Of a stretch of 64,000 nucleotides of DNA, positions 40,290 to 52,950 are shown piece by piece. The stretch spans positions 6,882,001 to 6,946,000 of the forward strand of contig NC_058369.1 of assembly GCF_018350175.1 (NCBI RefSeq), in the 5' to 3' direction. Source of the stretch: Felis catus (taxonomy: Eukaryota). Each line of letters begins with the position of its first letter. Within the stretch, counting starts at the first letter, position 1. Both the position numbers and the translations under genes were made by a program. Under the pieces are notes generated by a model that was given only the letters and a program-made list of their open reading frames with translations, was not told the origin of the DNA and searched no databases.

Positions 40290-43200
40290 TTTTAGATTTA
40301 AATTCAAGTTATTTAACATACAGTGTTACGATGGCTTCAGGAGTAGAACCCAGTGATTCATCTCGTACATAAGACACCCAGTGCTCATCCCAACAAGTGC
40401 CCTCCTTACTGCCCATCACCCATTTAACCCATCCCCCCACCCAACTCCTCTCCAGAAACCCTCAGTTTGTTCTCTGTATTTAAGAGTCTCTTATGGTTTT
40501 TCTCCCTCTGTGTTTTTATCTTATTTTTCTTTCCCTTCTCGTATGTTTATCTGTTGTGTTTCTCAAACTCCATATATGAGTGAAATCATATGATATACGT
40601 CTTTCTCTGGCTGACTTATTTCACTTAGCGTAGTACCTTCTAGTTCCAACCATGTTGTTTCAAAAGGCAAGCTTTCATTCTTTTTCATCATTGAGTAGTA
40701 TTCCATTGTGTATATATACCACATCTTCTTTATCTACTCCCCAAGTATGTTAACTTGAATATAAATTAAAAAAAAAAATAAAACAAATATAGCAACAAAA
40801 AAAAGGAATGCAGTTCTGAAACACGCTAAAACATGGACAAACCTTGAACACATCATGCTAAGTGAAATAAGTCAGATGCAAAAGTACATGTATTTTATGA
40901 TGTGTCTTATATGAAATATCTAGAGTAGGAGAAATCATAAGAGACAGAAAGTAGACTAGAGGTTGTCAAGGGCTGGTTGTGTGACATTAGAATGAGTTAT
41001 TGCTAAATGGCTACAGATTTTCTGTTTGATTCTGAAAAGCTGTGAAAATAGACACAATGGTTGCCCAATATTGTGAATGTAATTTTGCCATTAAATTGCA
41101 TACTTAAAAATCATGAAAGTTGTGTATGGTGTACCAAGTGGTCCAGTTTCATTCTTTTGCACGTGGCTGCCCAGTTTTCCCAAGACCATTTGTTGAAGAG
41201 ACTCTTTTTTTCCCTTTTTTTTTTTTAAGTTTTTATTTAAATTTCAGTTAGTTAACATATAGTACTATATTAGATTCAGGTTCACAATACAGTGATTCAA
41301 TAATTCCATGTATCACCTGGTGCTCATCATGGTCCTCATCACCTAGTTAACCCATCCCCACCCACCCACCACCTCTCTGGTAACTACCAGTTTCTTCTCC
41401 ATAGTTAAGAGTCTGTTTCTTCAAAACAGATGAACAAAGGGGAAGGGAAGCAAAAATAAGATAAAAACAGGGAGACAAACCATAAAAGACTCTAAAATAC
41501 AGAGAACAAATTGAAGGTTTGTTCTTTGTAAATGGGCAATGGGCATTAAGGAGGGCACTTGCTGGGATGAGCACTGGGTGTTATATGTAAGTGACGAATC
41601 ATTAAATTCTATTCCTGAAATCATTATTACACTATATGTTAACTAACTGGGATTTAAATTTTTAAAAGAAGAAAAGTAAAACAGAATAAATGAGTTTGTT
41701 TTTTGTTTGACCTCTCTCCTTTTTCCCTTTGCTCATTTGTTTTATTATTTTTTTAATGTTTTTATTTTTATTTTTTTTTAATTTTTTTTTCAACGTTTTT
41801 TTTTTTTATTTATTTTTGGGACAGAGAGAGACAGAGCATGAACGGGGGAGGGGCAGAGAGAGAGGGAGACACAGAATCGGAAACAGGCTCCAGGCTCCGA
41901 GCCATCAGCCCAGAGCCTGACGCGGGGCTCGAGCTCACAGACCACGAGATTGTGACCTGGCTGAAGTCGGACGCTTAACCGACTGCGCCACCCAGGCGCC
42001 CCTAATGTTTTTATTTTTAAGAGAGAGACAGAGCACAAGTGGGGGGAGGATCAGAGAGAGAGGGAGACACAGAACCCGAAGCAGGCTCCAGAGTCCAAAC
42101 TGACAGCACAGAGCCTGATGTGGGGCTCAAACTCACGGACTGCGAGATCATGACCTGAGCTGAAGTCAGACACTCAACTGACTGAGCCACCCAGGTGCCC
42201 CATCATTTGTTTTATTTCTTAAACCACATGAGTGAAATTATATGGTATTTTTCTCTATTTCCTTTAGTATAATGTTCTCTAGCTCCATCCCTATTGTTGC
42301 AAATGGCAATGCTTCATTCCTTTTTATGACTGAGTAATATTTCATTGTATTCTTTATTCACTCGTCAATCAATGCACGCTTGGGCTGTTTCCATAATTTG
42401 GCTATTGTAGATAATGCTGCTATAAACATTGGGGTGCATGAATCCCTTTGGTTTAGTATTTTTTGTATTTTTTGTTAGTAGTACAATTGCTGAATTATAT
42501 GGTAGTTCTATTTTTAACTTTTTGAGAACCTCCACACTGTTCTCCACAGAAGCTGCAAAAGTTTGCATTCCCACCAACAGTGCAAGAGGGTTCCTCTTTC
42601 GCCACATCCTCACCAACACATGTTTCTTGTGCTGCNNNNNNNNNNNNNNNNNNNNNNNNNNNNNNNNNNNNNNNNNNNNNNNNNNNNNNNNNNNNNNNNN
42701 NNNNNNNNNNNNNNNNNNNNNNNNNNNNNNNNNNNNNNNNNNNNNNNNNNNNNNNNNNNNNNNNNNNNNNNNNNNNNNNNNNNNNNNNNNNNTTGTTTGG
42801 ATTATTTAGTTCTTGGGTGTTGAGTTTTGTAAGTTCTTTATATATTTTGGATACTAACCTTTTATCAGATGTGTCATTTGCAAATCTCTTCTCCCATTCC
42901 ATAGGATGCCTTTTAGTTCTGTTGTTTTCTCTGCTATGAAGAACCTTTTTTATTTTGATGAAGTCTCAATAGTTTGTTTGTGCTTTTGTCTCCCATGCCT
43001 CAGGAGACATACCTAGAAAGAAGTTGCTACAGCCATTGTCAAAGACGTTACCGCCTGTGTTTTCCTCCAGGACTTTTATGGGTTTAGGTCTCACATTTAG
43101 TTCTTCAATCCAGTTTGAGTTTATTTTTGTGTGTGATGGAAGTCCTAACCACAGCAATCAGAAACAAAAAGAAATAAAAGGTATCCAAGTCAGCAAGGAG

Positions 43201-45365
43201 GAAATAACTTTCACTATCTGCAGATGACATGATACTCTAAATAAAAAACCCAAAAGACTCCAACAAAAAAGTGCTAGAACTGATAAATTCAGTAAAGCAC
43301 ACAAAAACAATGTACAGAAATCAGTTGCATTTGTATGAAGCAATAATGAAGCAGCATAAAAAGAAAATAAGGAATTGATCCTATTTACAATTTTGTTTTG
43401 CACTAAAAACAACAAGATACCTAGGAATAAACCTAGCCAAAATGGTGAAAGACCTAGACTNNNNNNNNNNNNNNNNNNNNNNNNNNNNNNNNNNNNNNNN
43501 NNNNNNNNNNNNNNNNNNNNNNNNNNNNNNNNNNNNNNNNNNNNNNNNNNNNNNNNNNNNNNNNNNNNNNNNNNNNNNNNNNNNNNNNNNNATCCTTATC
43601 AATATATCAACAGCATTTTTTCACAGAAGTAGAACAAACAACCCTAAAATTTGTATGGAACCATAAAAGATCCCATATACCCAAAGGAATTCTGAAAATA
43701 AGTTAAAAACAGAGAGGGAGGCAAATCATAAGAGACTCTTAAATACAGAGAACAAACTGAAGGTTACTGTAGGAGTGGTGGGTAGGGCAATGGATTAGAT
43801 GGGTGATTGGCATTAAGGAGGACACTTGTTGGGATGAGCACTGAATGTTATATGTGAGTGATGAATCACTAAACTCTACTACTGAAAGCAATATGACACT
43901 ATATTTTAACTAACTTGGATTTAATTAAAATATTTTTTATTTTATTTTTTATTTTTTAAAATTTACATCCAAATTAGTTAGCATAGAGTGAAACAATGAT
44001 TTCAGCAGTAGATTCCTTAGTGCCCCTTACCCATTTAGCCCATCCCCCCTCCCACAACCCCTCTAGCAACCCTGTTTGTTCGCCATATTTATGAGTCTCT
44101 TCTGTTTCGTCCCCCTCCATTTTTATTTTTGTTTCCCTTCCCTTATGTTCACCTGTTTTGTCTCTTAAAGTTCTCATATGAGTGAAGTCATATGATTTTT
44201 GTCTTTCTCTAACTAATTTCACTTACCATAATACCCTCCAGTACCATCCATGTAGTTGCAAATGGCAAGATTTCATTCTTTTTGATTGTAAAATGAAAAA
44301 AAAAAGAAAGAAAAGCAACACCAGTGGTATCACATTTCCATACTTCAAGTTACATTACAAAGCTGTAGTAATCAAAACAATACAGTACTAGCACAAAAAG
44401 ATACAAAGATCAATGGAAAAGAATAGAAAACCCAGAAATGAATCCACAACAATATGGTGAATTAATCTTTCACAAAGCAGGAAAGAATATCCAATGGAAA
44501 AAACAAATGGTGTTGGGAAAACTGGATGGCAACGTGCAAAAAAATGAAACTAGACCACTTCCTTATACCATAAACAAAAATAAATTCAAAATTACTAAAG
44601 ACCTGAATATGAGACCTGAAACCATAAAAATTCTAGAGGAAAACACAGGCAGCAACCTCTTTGACACTGGCTGTAGCAACTTCTTTCTAGATATGTCTCC
44701 TTGGACAAGGGAAAAAGAAGCAAAAATAAACTATTGGGACTTTGTCAAAATAAAAAGCTTCCGCACAGTGAAGGAAACAATCAATTAAACTAAAAGGGAA
44801 CCTATGGAATGGGGGAAGATATTTACAAAGGACATATCTGATAAAGAGATAGTATACAAAATATGTAAAGAATTTCTAAAACTCCAACCCCCCCAAAATA
44901 ATCCAATTTAAAAATATGCTAGGTGAAATAAGTTAGAGAAAGACAAATATCATGATTTCACTTGTATGTGGAATTTAAGAAACATAACAGATGAACATAG
45001 GGGAAAGGAAAGAAAACTAAGATAAAAACAGAGAGGGAGACAAACCATAAGAGAAGTTAAATACAAAGGACAAACTGAAGGTTGCTGGAGGGGAGGTGGG
45101 TGGGAGGATGGGCTAAATGGGTGATGGGCATTAAGGAGGGCACCTGTTAGGATGAGTCCTGGGTGACACATGTAAGTGATGAATCACTAGGTTCTACTCC
45201 TAAAACCAATACTATGCTGTATGTTAACTTGAATTTAAATAAATTTAAAAATTTTTTTAATGTGCAGAAGACATGAATAGACATTTTTCCAAAGAAGTAA
45301 TCCAGATGGCTAACAGACATATGAAAAATTTCTTAATATCATTCATCATCAGGGAAATACAAATA
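40290..45365. mobile_element. Pile-up of nested LINE-1 fragments on both strands with SINEs
   Basis: Multiple ORF2 translations ([34 protein letters not shown]) and several 3'UTRs. Confidence 0.85.
41752..42201 (-). mobile_element. Young SINE (to 42003) inserted in the tail of an older SINE (42004-42201)
   Basis: TSD taatgtttttattttta. Confidence 0.9.
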
Positions 45366-46012
45366 TCTTTATTATTTTGGCATTTTACAATCAGCATTAC
45401 TTTGTCTTAGTAGAAACGATGGCTTCCTCATTGATCAGGATCAAAGGTGTAACCAAAATCTCGAACCACTGAGATAATCACATAATAACAGTTTTGTAGA
45501 CAATAAAACTGAGTATAGTGAATGTTGATGCTACCCTGCACTGACACAGTTTACCAGTGACAGGTATCAGGAATTACTGGAGTATGAAAGAACAGCTCCT
45601 CCCATGTCTCACAATTGGTTTGTCTCTGGAGTATAATCCACATGGCCCTAACCATGAGATTAGGCAGAATCAAATCTCTGCTATAAAACACAAGCTTGCT
45701 TGATCCTTTTCCTGACCTATCCAACTTCTCCCACTTCTCTTTTAACATTTCAGTATAACCCTTGCCTTGGGACAGCTTGTGAGGAACCTACCAAAAACAC
45801 CAAGCTTAGGAATGAAAACTTATTTTTGAAATACAACAGAGCTATACAAAGAACAAATCAAATTTCAACCCAAAATTACAATCAAGTTGCCCATGATGTT
45901 ACCTAGTCAATTTAGAAGAAGTTGGTGATGCAAGAATCAGACATTTGGAATCACCCAATATTTCTGTCACTTTGATTCATTCTAGAAACCCCAGTCCACA
46001 CAGATAACACAG

Positions 46013-46948
46013 TCACAGAAGAGAAGTTCTACTTATCAGTTTCCTCAAGGCTCCCTTCATGTCCCTGTTCCTCAGGCTGTAGATAAAAGGGTTCATCATT
46101 TGAGGGACAACAGTGTACATCATTGAAAGCACTGCAGTGTTTCTGGAAGAGTTAGTAAAAGCAGAACTAATGTACACTCCCAAACCTGTCCCATAGAACA
46201 AAGACACAACTGACAGGTGAGACCCACACGTAGAAAACGCTTTATACTTTCTGCCCACGGATGGCATCCTCAAAACAGAGGACACTATCTGAGTGTAAGA
46301 GAAAATGATTCCACATAAAGGAATACCACCAAATACGCTAGTTGCAAAATATATCAGGATGTTATTGATGAGGGTGTCAGAACAGGCGAGCTTGATGACC
46401 TGAACAACTTCACAGAAGAAGAGAGGGATTTCGACGTCTGTGCAGAAGGTCAGCTGCAACACCATCAGACTGTGCACCAGGGCATCCACGATGATAATGA
46501 ACAGGGGGAGTAGAATCAGCAGGCTACAGAGGCAGGGCTTCATGATGACTGTGTACCTTAGTGGATGACAAACGGCCACATAGCGGTCATAGGCCATTAC
46601 TGCAAGGAGACTACTTTCTAAACTAGCAAAAACTAGAACAAAGTAGATCTGGGTGAGGCAGCCTGCATAAGTGATGCTCTGACTCTGGGCCTGGATGTTC
46701 ACCAGCATCTTTGGGATCGTGGTTGTGCTTAAGCAGATGTCAGTAAAGGACAGGTTGGAGAGGAAGAAGTACATGGGCGTGTGGAGGTGGGAGTCCGAGG
46801 TGACAGCCAGGATGATGAGCAGGTTTCCCAGGATGGTGACCAGGTACATGGACAGGAACAGGCTGAATAGGAGGGACTGCAGTTCTGGATCCTCTGTCAC
46901 TTTCATGAGAAGGAAATCTGAAACATGTGTGTCATTTCTAGGTTCCAT
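46013..46948 (-). CDS. Olfactory receptor, OR7G1-like, intact, 311 aa (OR-5)
   Basis: ATG at 46948 (MEPRNDT), [12 protein letters not shown], all motifs intact, acceptor ccatcAG 13 nt upstream. Confidence 0.95.
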   Translation of the reverse strand: MEPRNDTHVSDFLLMKVTEDPELQSLLFSLFLSMYLVTILGNLLIILAVTSDSHLHTPMYFFLSNLSFTDICLSTTTIPKMLVNIQAQSQSITYAGCLTQIYFVLVFASLESSLLAVMAYDRYVAVCHPLRYTVIMKPCLCSLLILLPLFIIIVDALVHSLMVLQLTFCTDVEIPLFFCEVVQVIKLACSDTLINNILIYFATSVFGGIPLCGIIFSYTQIVSSVLRMPSVGRKYKAFSTCGSHLSVVSLFYGTGLGVYISSAFTNSSRNTAVLSMMYTVVPQMMNPFIYSLRNRDMKGALRKLISRTSLL

Positions 46949-47674
46949 ACTGGTGATTAATCTGATGGAAAAGATAGATTTAATCAAATGTGTGTTTCCG
47001 AGATTGGCAGGAGGAGCATCACTGGAGGCAAAAACCATCTTGGGATGGGATGGAGACTAATAGAGAGGAATAAGATACGGGTGCCTTCTGTATGTGTATT
47101 ATTCTGTTTCTTTAAAAATGAAAAAGACTGAAGCTGGTATAGTAGAGCATCAACAATTGTTAAGTCTGGAAAGGGTGACTAGGTAGTCATTTTTTACAAC
47201 TACATTGTTTATGATGTTCTGTTTATTAAAACATTTGGTGATTTTATAAAAAGAAACAAACTGGTGAGGCAGCTTAAGAGTCTGTCTGGATCCCCAGAGA
47301 TGTCATAGGCAGGCAACTGAGATAATACATACATATGTCAAGGTGAACTTTTCCAAACTTCCTGCCCTCTTACCACTTCTAAACTGCAAGTAAATGTCAG
47401 AAAATTTTATAGCAGTCATCATGTTTTTTGAAAGACAGATTTCTATTCAGGAAGAAATGGTCCTGGCCACACTCGAGAGTGAATATGATATTAGTAAATG
47501 GAGCATTAATAAAAAGCATGAGGAAACACGTGAAGAAGACAACGGACAAATGGGAGGACCCTGGGTGAGTTGGTTTCAATCATGTGGTGTGTGTGCTCTC
47601 TTCACAGCTTCCCCTGGATGAACCTGTAGTCAGACACCTGCCCTCATTTCCAAACATTGAGTAAGGGGTGTTAG

Positions 47675-47980
47675 GTTACCTGGTTGGCATCATAGTGGAA
47701 GGATGACTGCCATCTCTGATGTACCATATGGAAGATCTGCCCCCAGGAAGGGCAGAGGGATTGAGTGAGACCCAAGCTCCTAACAAGACAGATCATCTAT
47801 GGGAGGAGACTCAGCTATGCTACTACTTTTCATGGGAGGAATTGTTGAACAAGATGGGCACAGGCAGATTGCAGTCTCTGTGTCCCTGGAGGTTTAATTT
47901 CCAAAGCTCCTCATTAACCAAGAAATTTTATTGTCACAGAGATCCCAGGGCAGTGTAAATCCTTAAAGACCAAGACTCTA
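47675..47980 (-). promoter_or_regulatory. OR promoter / 5' exon module F (for OR-5)
   Basis: GCCCTGGGA, TAATGA (47911-47916), CTCCAGGGA, donor at 47679. Confidence 0.65.
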
Positions 47981-48332
47981 GAACGCTGGAATTACAGGTG
48001 GTGCTTTCTTGACCCCATAAGACCAGGTGTACACCGTGTCCATCTGGGTCTGTTCATCTCCATTTCAATCCTTTGCAAATGTCGGTACACCATCCTTCAC
48101 TAATTGAAATGCAGTCTTCTTTTTTTTTAGCTATTAATGAAGGGATCTCTATCCAAAGAATGACATCAGTAAGTCTGATACCAATTTTAGTTGTGAAAGT
48201 ATAGTTTGTATATATTGATATAAATAATACATTTAAAACCAAAAACAGTAAGATACCTAGGAGTGATGCTAACCAAAGAGGTAAAAGATCTGTACTCTGA
48301 AACTATAGAACACTTATGAAAGAAACTAAAGA

Positions 48333-48470
48333 GGGGTGCCTGAGTGGCTCGGTCGGTTAAGTGTCCGACTTTGGCTCAGGTCATGATCTCATGGTCCGTG
48401 GGTTCGAACCCCACATCAGGCTCTGTGCTACAGCTCAGGGTCTGGAGCCTGCTTCAGATTCATTCATTCA

Positions 48471-48522
<52 letters not shown>

Positions 48523-48772
48523 AATAAAAAAACATTAAAAAACAATAACTATAGGGGCGCCTGGGTGGCTCAGTCAGTTGAGCATCCGACTTCAGCTCAG
48601 GTCATGATCTCACAGTCCGTGAGTTCAAGCCCCACATCAGGCTCTGCGCTGACAGCTCAGAGCCTGGAGCCTGCTTTGGGTTCTGTGTCTCCCTCTCTCT
48701 CTGCCCCTCCCCTGCTCATGCTCTGTCTCTCTCTGTCTCAAAAATAAATTTAAAAAACATTAAAAAAAAAAA
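48333..48772 (+). mobile_element. Tandem CAN-SINE pair
   Basis: Second copy flanked by TSD aacaataactata. Confidence 0.88.
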
Positions 48773-49293
48773 CAATAACTATAACAAAATGAAGCAAATT
48801 GCTGAAGCCAGCGGCAAAAATATGTGAGAAGACTTAAGAATATATAGGCTATATTAACCCATGTAAAATATGGAACACAATGATAACAGTTAAATCTTGT
48901 GGAGTACTTGCTACCTGTCATGCGTTGTCCTAAGTGTTTACAATGCTTTTGAGGGTAGACTCATCAGCAGGAGTTACATTTCATACAATCAGTAATTATT
49001 TTTGCCACACCAAGGTTACATTAAGTGGATGGCATACAATCCTATTCTCAGGGAATAGATTAAAGGGGATATATTCAGGATGATTCCAGGCAATGTCAAG
49101 TAACAATAGAGCCAGAGTTCGACAGACGTCTGTCTTCGGGCATCATATCTGGATAAGATGCCTGTATCTGTTGCAGCCATCAGTGCCCGTGATGGAAACA
49201 AGCCCTAGACACAATCACCGCATGGAAAAATGAATAATTTTTCCTCTATATTCCCTACCTCTTAAGTAGTTATCAAGAATATATAACATTTCT

Positions 49294-49733
49294 GGGGCGC
49301 CTGGGTGGCTCAGTCAGTTAAGCATCCGACTTCGGCTCAGGTCATGATCTCACGGTTTGTGGGTTTGAGCTCCGCGTCGGGCTCTGTGCTGACAGCTCAG
49401 AGCCCGGAGCCTGCTTTGGATTCTGTGTCTCCCTCTCTCTCTGCCCCTAACCCACTCGCATTCTGTCTGTATCTCTCTCAAAAATAAATAAACATTAAAA
49501 AAAATTTTTAAGAATATATAACATTCCAGGGGCACCTGGATGGCTCAGTCGGTTAAGTGTCCAACTTCGGCTCAGGTCATGATCTCACAGTTTGTGGGTT
49601 CGAGCCCTGCGTCGGGCCCTGTGCTGACAGCTCAGAGCCTAGAGCCTGCTTCGGATTCTGTGTCTCCCTCTCTCTGCCCCTCCCCCACTTATGCTCAGTC
49701 TCTCTCTCTCAAAAATAGACATTAAAAAAAAAA
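49294..49733 (+). mobile_element. Two CAN-SINEs inserted at the same target
   Basis: atataacatt repeated before, between and after them. Confidence 0.88.
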
Positions 49734-49959
49734 TAATATAACATTCCTTGGCTAAAATCAACACAAGAAACCATAGGCATTGACATGGATGTGGAGAAAA
49801 AGAAACCGTCATGCACTGTTGGTGGGAATGCAAACTGATACAGCCACTGTGGATAACAGTATGAAGATTCCTCAAAAAGTTAAGAATAGAACTACCCCAT
49901 GATCCAGTAATTGTGCTACGGGATATTTACCGAAAAAATACAAAAACACTAATTTAAAA

Positions 49960-50172
49960 TTTTTTTTTTCAACGTTTATTTATTTTTGGGACAGAGAGAG
50001 ACAGAGCATGAACGGGGGAGGGGCAGAGAGAGAGGGAGACACAGAATCGGAACCAGGCTCCAGGCTCCGAGCCATCAGCCCAGAGCCTGACGTGGGGCTC
50101 GAACTCACGGACCGCGAGATCGTGACCTGGCTGAAGTCGGACGCTTAAGCGACTGCGCCACCCAGGTGCCCC
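49960..50172 (-). mobile_element. Young CAN-SINE within L1
   Basis: TSD aaaaacactaatttaaa. Confidence 0.9.
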
Positions 50173-50323
50173 CAAAAACACTAATTTAAAGAGATACACG
50201 CATGCACCCTGATGTTTATTGCAGCATTATTTGTAATAGCCAAATTATGAAAACAGCCTAAGTGTCCATTGATAGACTAATGGATAAAGGCATGGTATAT
50301 TATATATATTATTATTTTTATAG

Positions 50324-50368
50324 CATATCATATCATATCATATCATATCATATCATATCATATCATAT
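50324..50368. repeat. (ATATC)n pentanucleotide repeat
   Basis: About 8 units. Confidence 0.95.
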
Positions 50369-51532
50369 ATTCAAGGGCTCCATGAATGGCCAGATTCACA
50401 ATTTCGACTTTGGCTCAGGTCATGATCTTGCAGTTCATGGGTTCGAGCTCCACATTAGGCTCTGTGCTGACAGCTCGGAGCCTGGAGCCTGGAGCCTGCT
50501 TCAGAGGAATGAAATCTTGCCATTCAGAGCACTTGAATATTATGCTAAGTGACATAACTCAGTCAAAAAAAAATAAATATGATTTCACTCATATGTGAAA
50601 TTGAAGAAACAAAACAAACAAGCAAAGGGAAAAAAAGAGAGAGAGGCAAACTAAGAAATAGATTAACTATAGAGAACAAACTGATGATTACCAGAGGGGA
50701 GGTGGGGGGGCGAGGATGGGTGAAATGAGTGATGGGGTTAGGAGGACACTTCTCATGATGAGCACCAGGTAATGCATGGAAGTGTTGAATCACTATATTG
50801 TACGCCTGAAACTAATATAACCCTATATGTTAACTAACTGGAATTAAAATAAAAACTTAAAAATATATATATAACATTCTTTATTGCTTGTGTCTTTTAG
50901 AGGCACACTTTCTTTTAGCAGGAACAAAGGGTTTTGTTTTGTTTACTAATTAAGATAAATCATTTCACTATCATCTCAAGCCACTGAGATAATCAGATTA
51001 TAGCAATTTTACAGATGATGAAATTGAGTGTAGTAACAGATGCTGATAGTGTCTTTGCACAGATACAGTTTACCAGTGATCACTCAGGCAATTGCCAAAT
51101 TAGGTATAAAAGATAAGCTCCTCCTGTGTGTAATAGGCTTATTTTCAAGGTGCAGTTCAAAAAGTATAATAATCTATGGAATTGGCAGAATTTTGTCTCC
51201 ATGACAACAGACTTATTTGGATCCTCTCCATGATCCATCCAACTTCTTTTCTTTGAGTGTTCAAACAAAATCACTAAATGCCCTACCTTGGGTTCAGCTT
51301 TACGGACCTGACCAAAGAAACTGAGTTTGACAATGGAACTCATTCTTGAAACATCACAGAATTGTACAAAGAACAAATAAAGTTTCAACCCAAAGTTAAG
51401 ATGAAACTACCCATCGTGTTCTATAGTCATTTTAGAAGAACTTGGGGATGCAAGAATCAGGCATTCTGGCTCACCCAATATTTCTGTCACCTTGACTCAT
51501 TCTAGAAACCCCAGTCCACGCAGATAACACAG

Positions 51533-52458
51533 TCACAGAAGAGAAGTTCTACTTATCAGTTTCCTCAAGGCTCCCTTCACGCCCTGTTCCTCAGGTTGTA
51601 GATGAAAGGGTTCATCATTTGAGGGACAACAGTGTACATCATTGAAAGCATTGCAGCATTTCTGGAAGAGTCAGCAAGGGCAGAACTGATGTAGACTCCA
51701 AAACCTGTCCCATAGAACAAAGACAACTGAGAGGTGAGACCCACACGTACTTTATACTTTCCACCTGCTGGTGGCATCCTCAAAACAGAGGACACTATCT
51801 GAGTGTAAGAGAAAATGATTCCACACACAGGGATACCACCGAATAGGCTAGCTGCAAAATATATCAGGATGTTATTGACGAGGGTGTCAGAACAGGCGAG
51901 CTTGATGACCTGAACAACTTCACAGAAGAAGAGAGGGATTTCAACGTCTGTGCAGAAGGTCAGCTGCAACACCATCAGACTGTGCATCAGGGCATCCACA
52001 GTGCTAATGCACAAGGAGACCAGAATCAGCAGGCCACAGAAGTGGGAGTTCATAATGACATTGTACCTCAGTGGATGACAAATGGCCACATAGCGGTCAT
52101 AGGCCATTGCTGAAAGAATACAACCGTCCAAACTTGCAAAAACCAAAACAAAGCAGATTTGGGTGAGGCAGCCTGGGTAACTGATGGATTTGCTCTGTGT
52201 CTGGATGTTCACAAGCATCTTTGGGATGGTAGTGGAGGTGAGACAGATGTCAACAAAAGACAGGTTGGAGAGGAAGAAGTACATGGGGGTGTGGAGGTGG
52301 GAGTCCAAGTTAACAGCCAAGATGATGAGCAGATTTCCCAAGATGGTGACCAGATACATGGACAGGAACAGGCTGAAGATGAGGGACTGCAGTTCTGGAT
52401 TCTCTGTCACTTCCATGAGAAGAAATTCTAGAATGCTTGTTTCATTTCCGAGTTCCAT
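51533..52458 (-). pseudogene. OR7G1-like mosaic receptor with 7-, 2- and 1-nt deletions; TM6 motif scrambled (OR-6)
   Basis: ATG 52458. [13 protein letters not shown] is replaced by [10 protein letters not shown]; premature stop NLRNRA* at 51577. The ancestral stop position aligns with OR-5 at about 51533. Confidence 0.8.
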
Positions 52459-52733
52459 ATTGTTGATGAATCTGATGGAAATGATGTGGTAACAAGGCAA
52501 TGAAATGTTGATTCCTGGGCAAGCAGGAGTATCACCAAATGCAAGCACCATGTTGCGAAAGGAAAGACTTAAATGGAGAGATACCCTCTTTATGCATATT
52601 ATTTTGTTATTTTGAAGAAAGATTTAAAGTTAGTAAAGCAACGAGTCAACATTTGTTAATTCTGGAAAGAGTTGAGGAGTTGTCGTTTTTAAAATTACAC
52701 TACTCATTCTGTTTTGATCATTTGAAACATCTG

Positions 52734-52950
52734 GGGGCACCTGGGTGGCTCAGTCGGTTAAGCATCTGACTTTGGCTCAGGTCGTGATCTCACAATTCAT
52801 GAGTTCAAGCTCCACGTTGGGTTCTGTCCTGACAACTCAGAGCCTGAAGCCTGCTTTGGATTCTGTGTCTCCTTCTCTCTCTGACCCTTCCCCGCTCATG
52901 CTCTTTCTCTGTCTCTCAAAAATGAAAAAATGTTAAAAAAAAAAAAAAAG
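52734..52950 (+). mobile_element. CAN-SINE
   Basis: Head and tail. Confidence 0.85.

Larger units (their letters stand above)
49750..50865 (+). mobile_element. LINE-1 3' end with nested SINEs and (ATATC)n
   Basis: ORF2 C-terminal DNA plus 3'UTR; flanked by atataacattc repeats. Confidence 0.8.

Noticed and set aside
43100-43170. L1 strand switch as a twin-priming inversion
   Set aside because: The plus-strand piece continues past the ORF2 position where the minus piece starts, so two separate elements fit better.
49120-49200. Hammerhead-like ribozyme on the minus strand
   Set aside because: The core reads CUGAUGG/GAAG rather than CUGAUGA/GAAA, and the stems are not correctly positioned.
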